NCBI GenBank assembly: GCA_030141605.1
Contig: JAQGDQ010000029.1
Coordinates: forward strand, 62,001 to 126,000
From: Tubiluchus corallicola
Lineage: Eukaryota; Animalia; Priapulida
DNA: 64,000 bases
Reading direction: 5' to 3'
The notes beneath the pieces are model-generated. The model was not told the DNA's origin. It worked only from the letters and a program-made list of their open reading frames with translations, and searched no databases. The position numbers and the translations under genes are program-made. Shown one piece after another: positions 14,201-27,285 of this stretch (positions are counted from its first letter, which is position 1; the number at the start of each line of letters is the position of its first letter).

Positions 14201-17200
14201 CAGGAGGGGATAGGTTACTTCAAAAACCCATGAAAGTCGATTTACTTACGTAGTGCAATTTTCAACAAGGCAAAAAAGTATCTCTATGTGTAAGGCTCTT
14301 AAGGTTAGGCTCCTATAGATGTGCTTGTTGATAACAGTAACCTGTTATTAACAATGAAAATAGATTATATTTGTTGGAATGTCTAATCTAGTCATTTAAT
14401 TTACTATCATTTTAACATTTTTTCCCCTGAATTGTATTAACTTTATTTCTCATTTTTTAGTGTACAAAAAAACCATTCAGAAGAGGAAATAGTCAACATT
14501 TGCAAGCGGTACGGGTACAAGTTGAAACCCGCTACTTTAAAGGTAACACTAGCTTGTTTTCCATACGTGTTTTTTATACCTTTTAGGTAGGTACATTTCT
14601 TTCTTTTTTTGTGTTTTACATTGTTACTTTTTTCTTTGTTTCATTAGGCAGCCATGTTGCCAGCGCGGAAGTCTGAACCATTACCGTTGGAATGTAAACT
14701 GTGTAGGTATGTTATTTATAAAATGAGTTTTGGTGTAGAAATTAAATATTATTAACAATAATCCTGTTTAAAAATGAATTAATAAAGGATATTCTTGTAA
14801 CGTTGTTTTGTTGATGTGTTAACTGTTTCCCACGATTTCGCTTAATTGAAACAAAGTTCTAGTGAAGATATTTCGGCAAATTGTTAGATGGTTTATTTGA
14901 TTTAAAGGAGAAGAAAAGTGAATGTCGGAGTCTATGAAGTTATACCTGTTTAAAAAACTTACATAACTCAAAAAGAAAATTTTGAATAATGTAAAAAGTT
15001 TGTGCTAACTGCTAAACCGTCTGACTGTCTCAGTGCACACCACGGCCTCACTAAAAACACATTATTGATCTCATAGGCAATGTAAAGTACAATAGGCGTC
15101 GCTTTATAGACTCACGGTTAATAGACTCAATCGCTTAGTTGACTCAAAAATGCCTGGTGTGGGCCGCTTCCATTCAAATATACATAAAAACTGCTGGTAA
15201 TTGACGCAAATAACTCCGCATAATTGATTTAATATTTTTCCTCTACGTACTTAAAATAAGACATTTGTATGTGCCCAAAGAGCCTTTCCTATGTTTATGT
15301 CATCTTTACTTCACTTTTGTGCTCTATAATATATGTAGGAACAATCTTGTTAAGTACCGTTTTGTTTGTAAGCAGGTACATTTATCATGCGCTAATACGC
15401 TAGCGTAGCAGTTTTGCTTTGAATCTGTTATCCACTCGTCCACTGCAATTAACCTTGTTACCTAAGAATTTCTGGAAGCTAAACATTTAATCACTTTAGC
15501 AGGTTCCTGGTTGCAAATCACGCTTTCACACTTAATCAGTTAACTTTCACTGATGCAGGTAATTTTTGCAAATAAACAGACTTGCATGATTTATTGCTTA
15601 TTCACTTATATAAATTAATATTTTAAATTTTTTTTTAAATTTTTTAACTGCACAAAGGAATTTAGGCGTTACTTCGTTTCTAAAATTCATTAAAAACCCT
15701 TGCAGTGCATACTAAGCTGATGATTCATACTTTTATACCAGTAATACTACACCCATAGGTTAATAGGTTCAGCCGGTTAATTGGGTCAAAATACTTCGGT
15801 CCCAAAGTGAGTCTATTAAGCGGTGCCTACTGTATATGTAATTTAAACTTTTGCTTAGTTAACGAGGAGCGTGTTACGAATGCTTTGACTGTTTTTTCAA
15901 ACTTTACCCAATGTTATCTAAACTTGTTTCAAATCACTTAACGTCAAAATGGATGCGTTTAATGAGTGTGCAAATTTTCAAATGTTATACAGTGTTACTG
16001 CTAACTATTGCGGGCAGGGTTGTCGTTAATGCTAGAATCACTCATCTGTCGCAAATTTGCGGTGATAAAGAATGTTAAATTTCGCTTCACATTATAATAG
16101 CCTTACCAAACAGTTTGTATGATTTGTTCACTCTTTGATGTTTTTTTTTAGGTTATTGTTTCCAGATGAGGTGAGCATCCGATTTCACGAACTGGGCAAG
16201 AAGCATATGGAGAATGTTAGGTAAGTTAGCTAATGACTAGTGATGTACTTGAGTATTTAACCCTTTCGCTACGTAGTTGCTTTTTAACTGGGCCGTTTTG
16301 TGTTTTGCACATTTGACAATAACTTCTTGTGGTGTGTTATTAAAACAGAATCTTGTAAATAAAGAGGAGGTCAGTTTCTTAAATAATTGTAATTTAGGCA
16401 TCCATGTACAACAATACTACCACTACATCAAACAAAGTTTGAATGACAACAAGCTGAATTAATGAATAAATAAAATAGATTTTCTTCTAATTTAAAGTCA
16501 AACAAAACTGTCACAGTTTATATAAGGCTTGCTGATATGAACATAACTTTGTCCACCCATATAATCTAATAATCTTAACAATCTTTTTTATTTATTTAGT
16601 TATAATACAATTAATTTGGAAAAAAATGTAAAGGAAGGGCAGCAAAGGACCAATTGGTCATCTAGTCAGCTGCCCTTTGGTTAGTGATGAACATTTTTAA
16701 AAGCGCTGTGCTATAGTGTATTAGTGTTAGTACTGCTTGTAGTTAGGATTTAATTCGTACAAATGACATTAAATTGATATGTTTATAACGTGCTGTATAT
16801 AACATATTAATACAATTCATCGGCGTTAACAATAAACGTATAATAAAAAATCAAACTAGAACTGAAAATAAAAATCTGACAACGGAAACATAAGAACAAT
16901 GGCAACTGAAATATACTTCATAACACAAGCATAATTCTTAGACAGTCAAAAGTAAATTATCATGTAAATAATAAAACTGAGAGTTTTGTGTACAGTGTCA
17001 GACTTGCGGTGATATTTAGCCACAAGTCGATGACTTACATGCTGTGAAAATTAAGTGACTTCAAGGATTTACTGAATTTGTTTATTCCGATTCATGCATT
17101 TGTTTGTGGTCGATTGGGTCAGTTACTTTTTATTTTAAAATCTGCAACATTCAAAACTAAGTGCACGTGTGGTGCAGCCACATACATTATCCTGTTCTTG

Positions 17201-20200
17201 GCAAGTGTATTAGTTACCAACTAAGTAAGGATATCTTTTTTTTAATTCCATGTTGTACTTTCAAACAAATGCTTAGCTAAGTGCCGATTTAAAAAGCAGA
17301 ACTCATTTCTGTCTGCGTTCCCGTACCAGGACACGTATAATGTAATTAGGATACAATTTTAAATGAATTATTGGCTAGAATACTAAAATTTTATGGTAAC
17401 AGATCATTTGCTATCCGTGATTTGGAATTTCTCACTAAGTAAATTACTTACAATTGCATGTTTTTTAATCTCCAGCCGTTCACTCTTTTACTCTTTTATT
17501 TCACAAATAGGTTTTTTAAATTCTATGCTTCTGTTTTACTGCTATAGCTCAATATTTAACTTCTCACCATGTTTTAATTTAAATTTAAATGTATTATACG
17601 TTAAATTTTACCACAGACACCATTTTAATTATCAACTTGTAATTGAATGTTTTTACCATATTTGCCTAGCATATTTCACTGATTTAACTTTTGATTAGAT
17701 TTAAATAACATGCGTTTGTTGTAATGTTTTTTTGTATGGAACCATTTAAAGAAAAGCTTTCAGGTGTTTTGACAAGTGTCTTATGTGTGTCTAATGTTTT
17801 AGACTGCAGAAGCAAGGAAAGCTGGGATCAAACGATCAACCGTCAACAAGGGAAACAGAATCGGCAGCTGCATCACAAGCACAAGTTACTGCTCATGCTC
17901 CTCCTCCACAGCAGTCAGCAAGTGGTTTCACTCCAGTTGCTCCATCACAACAGACATCATATGTACCATTTGCCCAGCCTCAGCAGCCGGTGTATGCTCC
18001 ATATCCTCCACCTCAACTGCCAGGATATGATCCATTTGTTCCACCTCAGCAGCTAGGATATGCTCCATTTGTTCCACCTCAGCAGCTAGGATATGATGCA
18101 TTTGTTCCACGTCAGCAGCCAGGATATGATCCATTTGTTCCATATCAGCAGCCAGGATATGATCCATTTGTTCCACAGCAGCAGCAAGGATATGCTCCAT
18201 TTGTTCCACTCCAGCAACCAGGATATGCTCCATTTCCTCCATCTCAGCAGTCGGCTTCATTTCCTCTATCTCAGCAGTCAGTAAGTGGTTCAGCTCCAGT
18301 TACTTCGCAGCCAGAAAATAGGAATTTTTCAGTTACTGTTCCACAAGATCAGGAAGAACGATCCGGCAGTTATCAGTGTGTTATGTGCGAGTATGTGTTT
18401 TTCATGTGGTTTTATTTACTAAAGTTTTTTACTGGACATTGTATACTTAAAATTTTGTGATCTTGTTTGTTTGTTGTTTGTATATGAGAAAGAGTTAACT
18501 AATTTATAAAATTGTAGGTTTTTAGATGCATATTTTACTCCGGAATACCTATGAATGTTAAATTGTTAATTGGTAAATTTACTCAATTAGCAATTTGTTA
18601 GTATCGCTTAACATGAAAAAGTAATCTCTTTACTCTTGCCATCGTGTAAGTCACTAAATATCATCTTGTTACTATGTACAGGTCCGTTCACGATAACATC
18701 GAGCAGCTGTATGATCATTTGTCACGTGCTAATCATAAATCAAGGTAAATATAAAACTTCTACATTTCTTTGTGCTTTTTCCGTCTGTGTAATATATGAT
18801 TGAATTTCTGAAATTGTGTGCAATTTTTTTCTTATTTAGCTGTGTTAGCTTTTGCAAATTGTGCTTGATGCACAGTAAGTCCTCGCTTAACGACTACCTG
18901 TTTAATGATGTTTCATTTTAACAACTCTGTTGATTTGACACCTTTTTCACTTAATGAAGCATGTTTCGCTTTAACGACGATTTTTTTATTTTGCTCTAGG
19001 CAAATTTTTATTTGATCAGCAAAATTTTTACCTAATTCAATGCATTAAAGCAGCACATGTTGCGTTATTCTGTTCTAGAAACACACTAGAAATGTAAATA
19101 GTATAATTATTATACATGTTTTTGCTTCATGACTGACTATTAACATTACTACTGTATTACTAGCAGTTTGTATCAATTATCAAGTTACTAGGGAGCAAAC
19201 TTATGCAAGGAATTTTGCCTGCAACCTGTTGCTATAGCAACCAGACTAAGTATGTAGGTGAAATTCTTAACATCGCACCTGGGCTTGGTTTGGCTCTGCA
19301 GTGTTTATTGTTTAACCGCTGACTAGGATTAAATGTTAACGAAAGAGAAACCGCTATAGCTAGGTATTGATAAGTAAAATATGTAGGTGGTTTCAGGCAA
19401 GCAGGAAGACATTAATCAGTAGAAATATGATTAAACCCATAGATTCTTTAACTTATATGATTAAAGCAGTATTGATTTTTGTCTCTGGAACGTCTTTCAC
19501 TTTTTTTACATTTCTTTCTATGGATGTCATCGTTTAAAGACGTTTCGCTAGAACGCATTAGCGTCGTTAAGGAAGACTTACTGCAGGTCTGTTCTCGTCT
19601 TGTTTTTGACCCACACTACTGATAAATACACAACAATTGATGAGATTTTACGCATTTATTCACACCACACCAGAGGTAGTAACAAGAAACCATTATCAAA
19701 TTATTTAATTGTTGTAGACCATTTAACACAGCAGTAACACTGATAACATTCAATAGTAATAGTGACTTAATGGTAAAAACTGGTTGTTGCTGCCTGGATG
19801 TTCCCACGAGAAATGCAAACCTACAGCTGCTGAGAAAGTTCAAAATTTCTCTGTACTTAAGTTACACTAACGTCATCCTACTAACGGGACGCACCAACTA
19901 TCCAAAAGTACCTGAGCCAAGTGAGCCCTCACTGACCCATCTATGCAGATATGGACCCGACGTTTACCACTACGGACCAACATCTTACTCTGAGCATACG
20001 GCCCTGTGCACATGTCTGAGATAACAATCTTTACTCAGTGCTGCTAGCGTCTGCTGCTAGGTAGAGAAGGCACTGCTGCTCACAAAGTTTGTTGCCAGTT
20101 GTCACTTGCTTACCGTGAATGGATTAAGCTTGAACTGCGACAATTTAGGTTATTAGTAAGCAAAAAGTATTTTTTTTAGGATTTTATCAAGTTTATGCAT

Positions 20201-23200
20201 AAACTTTCATGAGCTTATTTGTTTAAAATTACAATTACAAACCACAACATTAAAATTGCCTATGTTTGTTTTGTTTTTCACAGTACTGGAACAATGGCTA
20301 AAATTTTTCTGAAGCAGCGCCCCCGCTGATTTAACTACGAGCCGCCATTGTTCTTTTTCGTTTGTTATAATTGCTTGTTATAACTAAAACTCTGATGATG
20401 TTGTAGTAATACTCCTGGACCTTCAGGCAGCTGGCTGTTTGGGAATTAAGTTCCCTGCTGCTGGCTTTAGTACACCAGTGAAGCCCTACTGTTATACATG
20501 TGTGTTTTTGTGTTCTTTGTGTGCCATTTTACTTCTTTGTACTCTTCTATCTAAATAAATAATTATATATATATATAATGCTTATGAGAAAAGAAATAAA
20601 AACTCCCCTTGTTCTTATAAGTCGTGGTGTTATGTTTACTGCTATCATTCGGTTCATTCTGCTATCATATCTTCTGGTTGTGCCGCTGTTAGAAATTTTT
20701 TGATCTACCCGGGTGACGGTCTACGACACACTTAGACGCGACTGTTTCCGCATATTACATGACTGGTGTAATGAATTTTGAGGTTTGACATCTTACTTGA
20801 TACTGTTTTGCTTGTATTAGACTCAAGCAGTTGCAGGACGATTTTGACAAGTTAGACGAGATCGCTATTAAGAAGGGAGCAAATGGTAAAGTGGACGTCC
20901 TCCTTCAGGTTGATGCAAACGGACAGCTGCAGTTGTACTGGACCGGCATTGAAAAAAATTTTGAAGAATTAAAGGTAAGATATTTTCTCCTCTTTTGTAG
21001 CTGTATGAGTGGACAGGTAAAAGGAAAAAGGAACTAATCATAAAAGTTATATCCCTAACTTGAAGCACAAGAAAACCCTCCACTTATATAAAGCTTAAAA
21101 ATTTGTCTTGAAATTTTATACTACTTACGTGCTGCCTTTTTGCATACAGGACTTGCATCGGCAGTAATGCCATATTGAAACTGTAAATTTAAACTCCCGC
21201 GATGACCGTTAGACGCAGCCATTTTGACGATAAGTCGTTTGAAAGAAGTTTAGATAACACAGAGTAAAGTTTGAAAAAATAATCAAAGCATTCGTAGCAC
21301 ACATGTCAGTAACTAATTAAAATTTTACATTACTGTATCTTGTCAATAAGAATAAGAATACAGTTTTTGCTAGTGAGTGGTGAGCCCTGGAGGTGAATCA
21401 CCAATTTTTTACCAATTGGTGAAAGCATTTTAAATAATTAATAATTTACTTTTCTAGTTACATAAGTCTTTCAAGCAGGTAAGCGAAATGCTAAGTAATA
21501 TAACTTTGTATGCAAAGTTTTTTTGGACATAATTTAACATTTTGTTTTCTTCCTCTGACTTACATTGTAGGCGACTTTTCTGAAAACTACTACAGGTATC
21601 CCGTTTCTTGTCCTTTAAGTTGAGCAGCCGCTAAAGGGTTTTTTATCATAAATTCTGCTTTATGCCATTTTGTATCAGCGAAAATGTGTTACAAAACTTA
21701 TATGGTGTCGATACAGTAGACAAATATCATGGTCTAATTTGCACATTGATAATTATTATAGGCGCACTGATAAATGTGTAGGTGTTATGACATACATTTT
21801 TGTTGTTTTACAAATTGTTCAAGTTTGAACACGCTGGCTTGTGATTTTCCAAACATTATGTATCAAACGTCTAAACTTTTTTTGTCGTGTTTTTGTACTT
21901 TTCCTAACAGAAAGCGAAATGCCTGACATAATTTAATTTTTCCTGAAAACACGTACTGTTGAAAGTTTGCTAGTTTCTGGTATTGTAATACTGTATTTAT
22001 GTTGTTTTTTTCTTTTCAAAACTTCCGTGCAGTACATGTCCCACAAACTCGAGCTTACTGTTAAGTACATTTATAATGATGTTTTTTCCTGCGTTAGCAT
22101 TTGAAGAAGTTTTTGAGTGGGCCTATTGTAGTTTTTGAAGCATGCAAGGAGAATTTATTTCTTAGCGAACAAATTTCTCAGTAAGGCTGTGTTTTGTTTG
22201 TCGCCATAATTGACTTGTAACCTCTGCAACTCACCATGCTAAATTTTACAAACCTAAACGCAAATAGTGTTGCTAAATTGCTGTTTTCTTTGAAGTGAGT
22301 GGCAAACTGAAGTGCTGCCCTTGGCGTCACGAGTTTTAGCTACGCCACTTATGAATATAAATCGTGCAATCGTTGTTTCGTTGTAGGAAAGACTCAGCAA
22401 AGTCCTGCCGACCGCAGACTTGGAAATCAAGTCGATACCGAAGGGTCGGAGAGAACATTTTTGTGAAATTTGTTTGTAAGTAGCTAAGCAGAACAAATTT
22501 TGTGAATAGAATAGTGAACAGAATCATGAGGTTTGCAGCTAAAATAGATTGTTTTAACATAACGTACAATTTATGCTTTTTGCATTTTTTTGGTTGTACC
22601 CGTATATTCTTAAGTTGTAACCAGCTGTGATGTTTGAGATGAAATGCAAAAAGAACAAATTAAATGAAAATGTTAATAGCTAATATATTTGTGGTTGAAC
22701 ATATTTTTACTTGAAAGCAAATAGACAGCAAACAAATGGTACATTTTTGTGTAATACTCAATAAATTATTCATTGAGTGTTACACAAATTTGTCGTTTGA
22801 CCGAAATGCGTTTATAACTTATTTTTTACTAGTTACATGCTGTAGAAGAGTTATTTGAATTTTCAGGCAGCTGTTCTGTGATTGGTCTACTCTCCAATCT
22901 CACTTGAATGGCATCTATCATCAGAAACGGTAACTAATTTATTTTTTCAGTAACCAAAGCTTTTTCAAAAACTATGAAGTTGTTTACTCATGACTGACGA
23001 ACCTCCTATAGAAAAAAATTGAATTCTTTTTTAGGGTTGACCAGTTTCAAGTTACAATCCACAAGTGGATGTCTTCAGATAGCGTGCTGATGGTTTCCAG
23101 TGGTGGACAGATCGTAGAACCGGTAAGTTTCAATTTAGCAAAGCCACTGTGAATGCCGAGGTCTTGGTCTTTGTGTTTGTAAAAACTGCAAACCAATTGA

Positions 23201-23436
23201 AAAATTGAACATCAATGATACAAGATAACTAAATTTCTGTCTATAATGACTTGATGTTAAGGCATAAAGCCCTCATTCTAATTTTTGTTTCCCTTTAGAT
23301 TTATGGAGACAAGTTGGACGTGAATAGTCTAGTATACGTTACATCAAATTCTCACTGGATAAACAACGCAGCCCTAGATCTGAATAAGAAACTGTTGTCA
23401 CTATTTGGGTGTGACATGTGCAGGTAAAAACTATAG

Positions 23437-23470
<34 letters not shown>

Positions 23471-23538
23471 TGATGATGCAGATGATGATGACGACGACGA
23501 TGATGATGATGATGAATGATAATGAAGATGATGATGAC

Positions 23539-23605
<67 letters not shown>

Positions 23606-25319
23606 TAGTTACATCAAAATGGAATTTCTTGCTGACCAATTTCGAATAACCTGTTCATTATCAAAGCATCTAAAACAAAGAAATTTACCAGAATTTAGAA
23701 GCAACATCGAAATACAATTCAGTAGTGAGATAGCCAAAAGATATATGATATAACGTTATATAGATAAATCCGATGTTGTCTCTAAATTCTGGTAAGTGTT
23801 TTTGTTTTAGATGCCTTGATGATGAATAGTTTGTTTGAAACCGGTCAGCAATAAATTCCATTTTGATGTAGTTATATTTATTTGCCAAATATGGCTAATT
23901 CAATAATGTAGTTTTTCTTAAAAACACACTCCATCTGAATATGGCAGTGCTTTTTACAATAGTGTTAAAAGAGGTAGAAAAGCCATACAACCAATCACAA
24001 TGCAGATAATTAGACAGTTGCAATTTAAAAGAAATAGCAATGGGCGATGTTGAATTAAAATGCTTAGTTACAGTTTAGAGGGAAAATAGTTGAAACAGTT
24101 ATAATTTTGAATTAAAGTATTTAATTTTGCATGAAAGTCAATAAAACGTCATGGTTGCAAAACATGGTAACAAGTCGTGGTTGCAAAACATGGTAACAAG
24201 TCATGATTGCAAAACATGGTAACAAATCATGATTGCAAAACATGCTAACAAGGCATGATTGCAAAACATGGTAACAAGTCATGGTTGCAAAACGTGGTAA
24301 CAAGTCCGTAAACCAGGGAAAATTTAAAATGATTCAGTAAGATGTTTGAGAATCAAGTGGATTTTGACAGTTTTTTTGAAGGTTATAATAGAATTTAAAG
24401 AGCGAGTCATTTTCGGTAGAGCATTCCAGAGTTTAGGAGCAGCAATAGAAAATGCACTAGGTGTTTTTGGCATAACTTGTTTTGCATTTTGCACCTCTGA
24501 TGCCCAAGTCAATGCCTGGACACTTTTGTCACGATTTCTGCTATAGATAACTGTGTATATATAGTTGTTCAACATTAGGGTATCATAGGGTATTGTTATC
24601 AGTGTCTTCAACTCTTTTGTCACAGAGTTACAACAGTAGTTTGGTTCTTCTTATATTTCTCATTGCATTTTCTTTTCAGATCGTACTTTCAAAACGAATC
24701 AACGTTGAAATTTCATTTGGCAGGCCTTTTACATAAGTGAGTGAAAATTGTATTGAATTTTGTAGCATTGACTGGCTATACATCGCTTATCGATGCTGTA
24801 TACGCGATTTCAATTTAAGTATTATGTAGGAAACTGCAGTGTTATGTTGTACTATACATGTGCTGTGTATTTGAAGATAATTAAAGCACATGTGAATGTG
24901 TACATATAATGTAACCTATCCCCTGGGACTGCCATGAACATTCCAGCTGAAAGTTTGAGTTATGGTTATTTCAGTGTGTTTTATCAGACTCGTTTCAGTT
25001 TGGTGTGCTGAATCAAAATTTGAGTTGCGGTCATTTCAGTGTGTTTTATCAAACTCATTTCATTTTCGTGTGCTGACTGAAAATTTGAGTTGCGGTCATT
25101 TCAGTGTGTTCTATCAACCTCATTCCAGTTTTGTGTGCTAATTTCTTATTTTTTTGGGTTTTTAGGGAAAAAGCTCAGGAAAGACGAAAAGCAGGCATTT
25201 CTAAGCCATATGCTGAGTAAGTTTTTGCAATGAAAATTAGTGTAATCGTGAGCAGTAACTCAGATTTGTTTTTAGGTAAATCTGCCTACAGGACTACAAG
25301 TGGTTTTTGCAAGAGCTAG
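8242..25319 (+). CDS. Multi-exon gene: RS/RD-rich N-terminus, PQGY repeat and five matrin/U1-type C2H2 zinc fingers (putative RNA-binding protein)
   Basis: Phase-compatible GT-AG exons: 8242-9017, 10102-~10228, 11948-12105, 13448-13510, 14461-14542, 14648-14706, 16152-16220, 17803-18390, 18682-18743, 20821-20974, 22387-22475, 22867-22929, 23035-23122, 23299-23423, 24680-24736, 25166-25216; last exon uncertain (25292-25319). Splicing rebuilds FCRKCVFPCKTAKILESHRKTTEH, ECKLCRLLFPDEVSIRFHELGKKH, YQCVMCESVHDNIEQLYDHLSRANH, FCEICLQLFCDWSTLQSHLNGIYH and FGCDMCRSYFQNESTLKFHLAGLLH. Confidence 0.85.
8270..8560 (+). repeat. Coding tandem repeat (ELDxEYDR units, then 45-nt DLDAEYDRSRERRFP units)
   Basis: Repeated GATGCAGAATATGATCGCAGTAGGGAACGAAGGTTTCCT-like units, in frame within exon 1. 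Confidence 0.85.
9160..9340 (+). repeat. Dispersed repeat, partial copy of the element starting at about 11276 (TTAA-flanked, possibly Kolobok-like)
   Basis: Shares ACTGTAGGTCAA, TTTTCAAAAATGACTT(A/G)CGTGA and ATTACCAC(T/A)CAAA with 11276-11440. Confidence 0.5.
11276..11900 (+). mobile_element. Non-autonomous DNA element, longer copy of the 9160 repeat
   Basis: Starts TTAAAG and is homologous to 9160-9340; right boundary uncertain. Confidence 0.4.
12436..13383. mobile_element. Tc1/mariner (pogo/Tigger-like) MITE, copy 1
   Basis: TA|CAGTAGGCGCCGTTTAATAGACTCAC ... GTGAGTCTATAAAGTGGCACCTACTG|TA; TA target duplication. Confidence 0.85.
15090..15832. mobile_element. Tc1/mariner (pogo/Tigger-like) MITE, copy 2 of the same family
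   Basis: TA|CAATAGGCGTCGCTTTATAGACTCAC ... GTGAGTCTATTAAGCGGTGCCTACTG|TA; colinear with 12436-13383 with an internal deletion. Confidence 0.85.
17950..18250 (+). repeat. Coding 33-nt tandem repeat (QQPGYDPFVPx), about 9 units
   Basis: Repeated CAGCAGCCAGGATATGATCCATTTGTTCCA within the exon at 17803-18390. Confidence 0.9.
18873..19583. mobile_element. Tigger-like MITE
   Basis: CAGTAAGTCCTCGCTTAACGAC ... GTCGTTAAGGAAGACTTACTG inverted termini. Confidence 0.7.
23437..23604. repeat. (GAT)n microsatellite, intronic
   Basis: Long, nearly pure GAT run just after the donor site at 23424. Confidence 0.95.
23612..23868. mobile_element. Foldback MITE with about 100-bp imperfect inverted arms
   Basis: CATCAAAATGGAATTT...AAATTCCATTTTGATG; arms pair inward to CAACATCG/CGATGTTG; TAGTTA on both flanks. 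Confidence 0.8.
24148..24305. repeat. 26-bp minisatellite, about 6 units
   Basis: GTCATGGTTGCAAAACATGGTAACAA repeated head-to-tail with no spacers. Confidence 0.9.
24324..24520 (-). pseudogene. L2-type LINE 3' end
   Basis: AFSIAAPKLWNALP...SIITFKKTVKIHL, the typical L2/CR1 ORF2 C-terminus. Confidence 0.75.
24955..25140. repeat. About 65-bp tandem repeat, 3 units
   Basis: TTTGAGTT(G/A)(C/T)GGT(C/T)ATTTCAGTGTGTT(T/C)TATCA recurs three times. Confidence 0.8.
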
Positions 25320-27285
25320 ATGATTTTAGTAAATAGACTAAACTGATAGAAATTAGTTTGAAAGCTTTTGAGTACCTTGAGTTGAGTGGTGTAAGTTTGT
25401 TCATGTGCAAGAAAAGCCTGGGAGCTTGCGCAAAACAATGTGTGTGAGATTTTACAGCTGTTTTCTTGTCGCAAGCTTACTGAATAGTAAAAACTTGTGG
25501 CATCACTGCAACGTTGAGACGCGTTTTCTTCTATGTAATGAAGATGACCTTTGCATGACCTCTGACTTTAATCATGGTATGGAGTGTTCTGCATTCTATT
25601 AACACCATTCTATTAGGTAAAATGCGAAATGAATCACTCAAAAACAGAGATATTACATTTTTTACATTGATGACTACGATCTTGGATAATTCGTGTCATG
25701 TTCTCCGTCAGGTTTTTCTATTGTCATCAGTGAGTCACCAAAATAAGCTTGTAGCCACATCTATGGAAACTGGAGATTTTAGAGTATATTGCAATGAAGT
25801 TACCTGAATGTGATGACCATTTCTGGTACAAAATTAGATGCAGGTTTTTTTGTAAAAACAGCTTTGTTTTTTTGCTATGTTTAGCTCAAAGGATAGAAGT
25901 TTCGGTGCTAGCAAAAATATTTCTGTTTCTTGTGTTCAAACTAGAGCTCCCAGTATCGGTGCTAAACTTGCAAAGAAGGTATGTTTCACTTTTTTTAAAT
26001 TTACGTGTCTAGAACAGATAGTTGTTTTGGTATTTGGCGTAGTGTTACTTCACTTTGTAGGTGAGCATACACTGTGACTGCTCAGCTATTTCCTTAAGTG
26101 ATGCTTACATTTAATTTATTCAGGATTATTATTTTGTCCATTAAATTTAATACTATGAACCTAGAGAAGGTTTAGTGGATGCCACTGAGATCTTGTTTAC
26201 AATTTGCAACTACAAGTTTAAGTTTGTTTCTATATGTTATTTGCTGTTACCTTTATCTACTTGCATACTCATTGGCAGCATCCACTTGCTTTTGTGCTGA
26301 GTGCATAATGGTTCAGGTGCATTCTACACAGTAAGTAACTGTTTGAGAAATACTTGAGAACTGTATGTGGTTAGTCATTATATATGGTCATTATATATAT
26401 ATTACTCACTAACCTGTACATTAATAAAAGTGTATGAATACAATTTAATAGCATTGGTAAATTTGCATACGGTCAGAATTTTACCTGTTCTGATTCGGAT
26501 GATGGTAGGTATGCTTCAGATATGACAGTTAGATAAAAAAGTTATTTTTCATGCTTGAATTATCGGCAATGTCATTTCTCGTACCAAATCTTAACACAGC
26601 TGGAAAATAATGACTACTTTTAGCATATGGTAGTGGCTATCTTGGACTGACTCGACCAGCTTGATTTTGTGTCTATTTCTACTAAGGAGCTGGTGCAGTG
26701 ACAAGTTTTTTTCAATACGGGATGGTTCCTTTCAAGAGTTAATCCAGTGATTCTGTAGACGTTGTCATGTTTGGCATTGTGAAGTTTTCATTCTGTGTAA
26801 TTGTTGACTTCTCATCCATCTTTTGTTTTGGGACTGTCAGACCCGTGTCATTCGTGATTATAGAAAAACAATGTTTTATAATGGTAAAAATTATTTTGGA
26901 TGACCACGGAAACCCTGAGAAATGCCAGCGGTCACAGAACAAAGTCAGGGATTGTCGGGTATTCAGTAAAATGTATTTATGCAGTCCATTATGGTGGATC
27001 TTGAATCCATCTCTGGATCATGCATAAGCCTATTTATCTGCTTTATAACTTTACAGCAATCTATAGTCAGAGCATCATGACAGATTTCGATGATTTCTTG
27101 TTTTTCCTTTGCATGACTCTGTTATTTTTCAGGTTTTTTTTCCTGATTGACAGTAAACTTCCTCAGTTTATCCACTACTGACGCTCGTGTTTTATCTGAC
27201 ATCTGATACGAAGTTGGAAATAAATGGTGCAAAGCTTGTATTGTGTATGCTGTTATTAAAGCTGCCCTAAAATGTTTCTTGCTAT

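Noticed and set aside
23352-23639. Poly-Ser/Ile/His ORF
   Set aside because: Translation of the (GAT)n microsatellite.
24148-24305. CRISPR-like regular repeats
   Set aside because: Units are contiguous with no unique spacers, there are no cas genes, and the context is a eukaryotic intron.
26480-27200. Possible transposase or further exons
   Set aside because: No convincing motif or phase-consistent exon found by eye.
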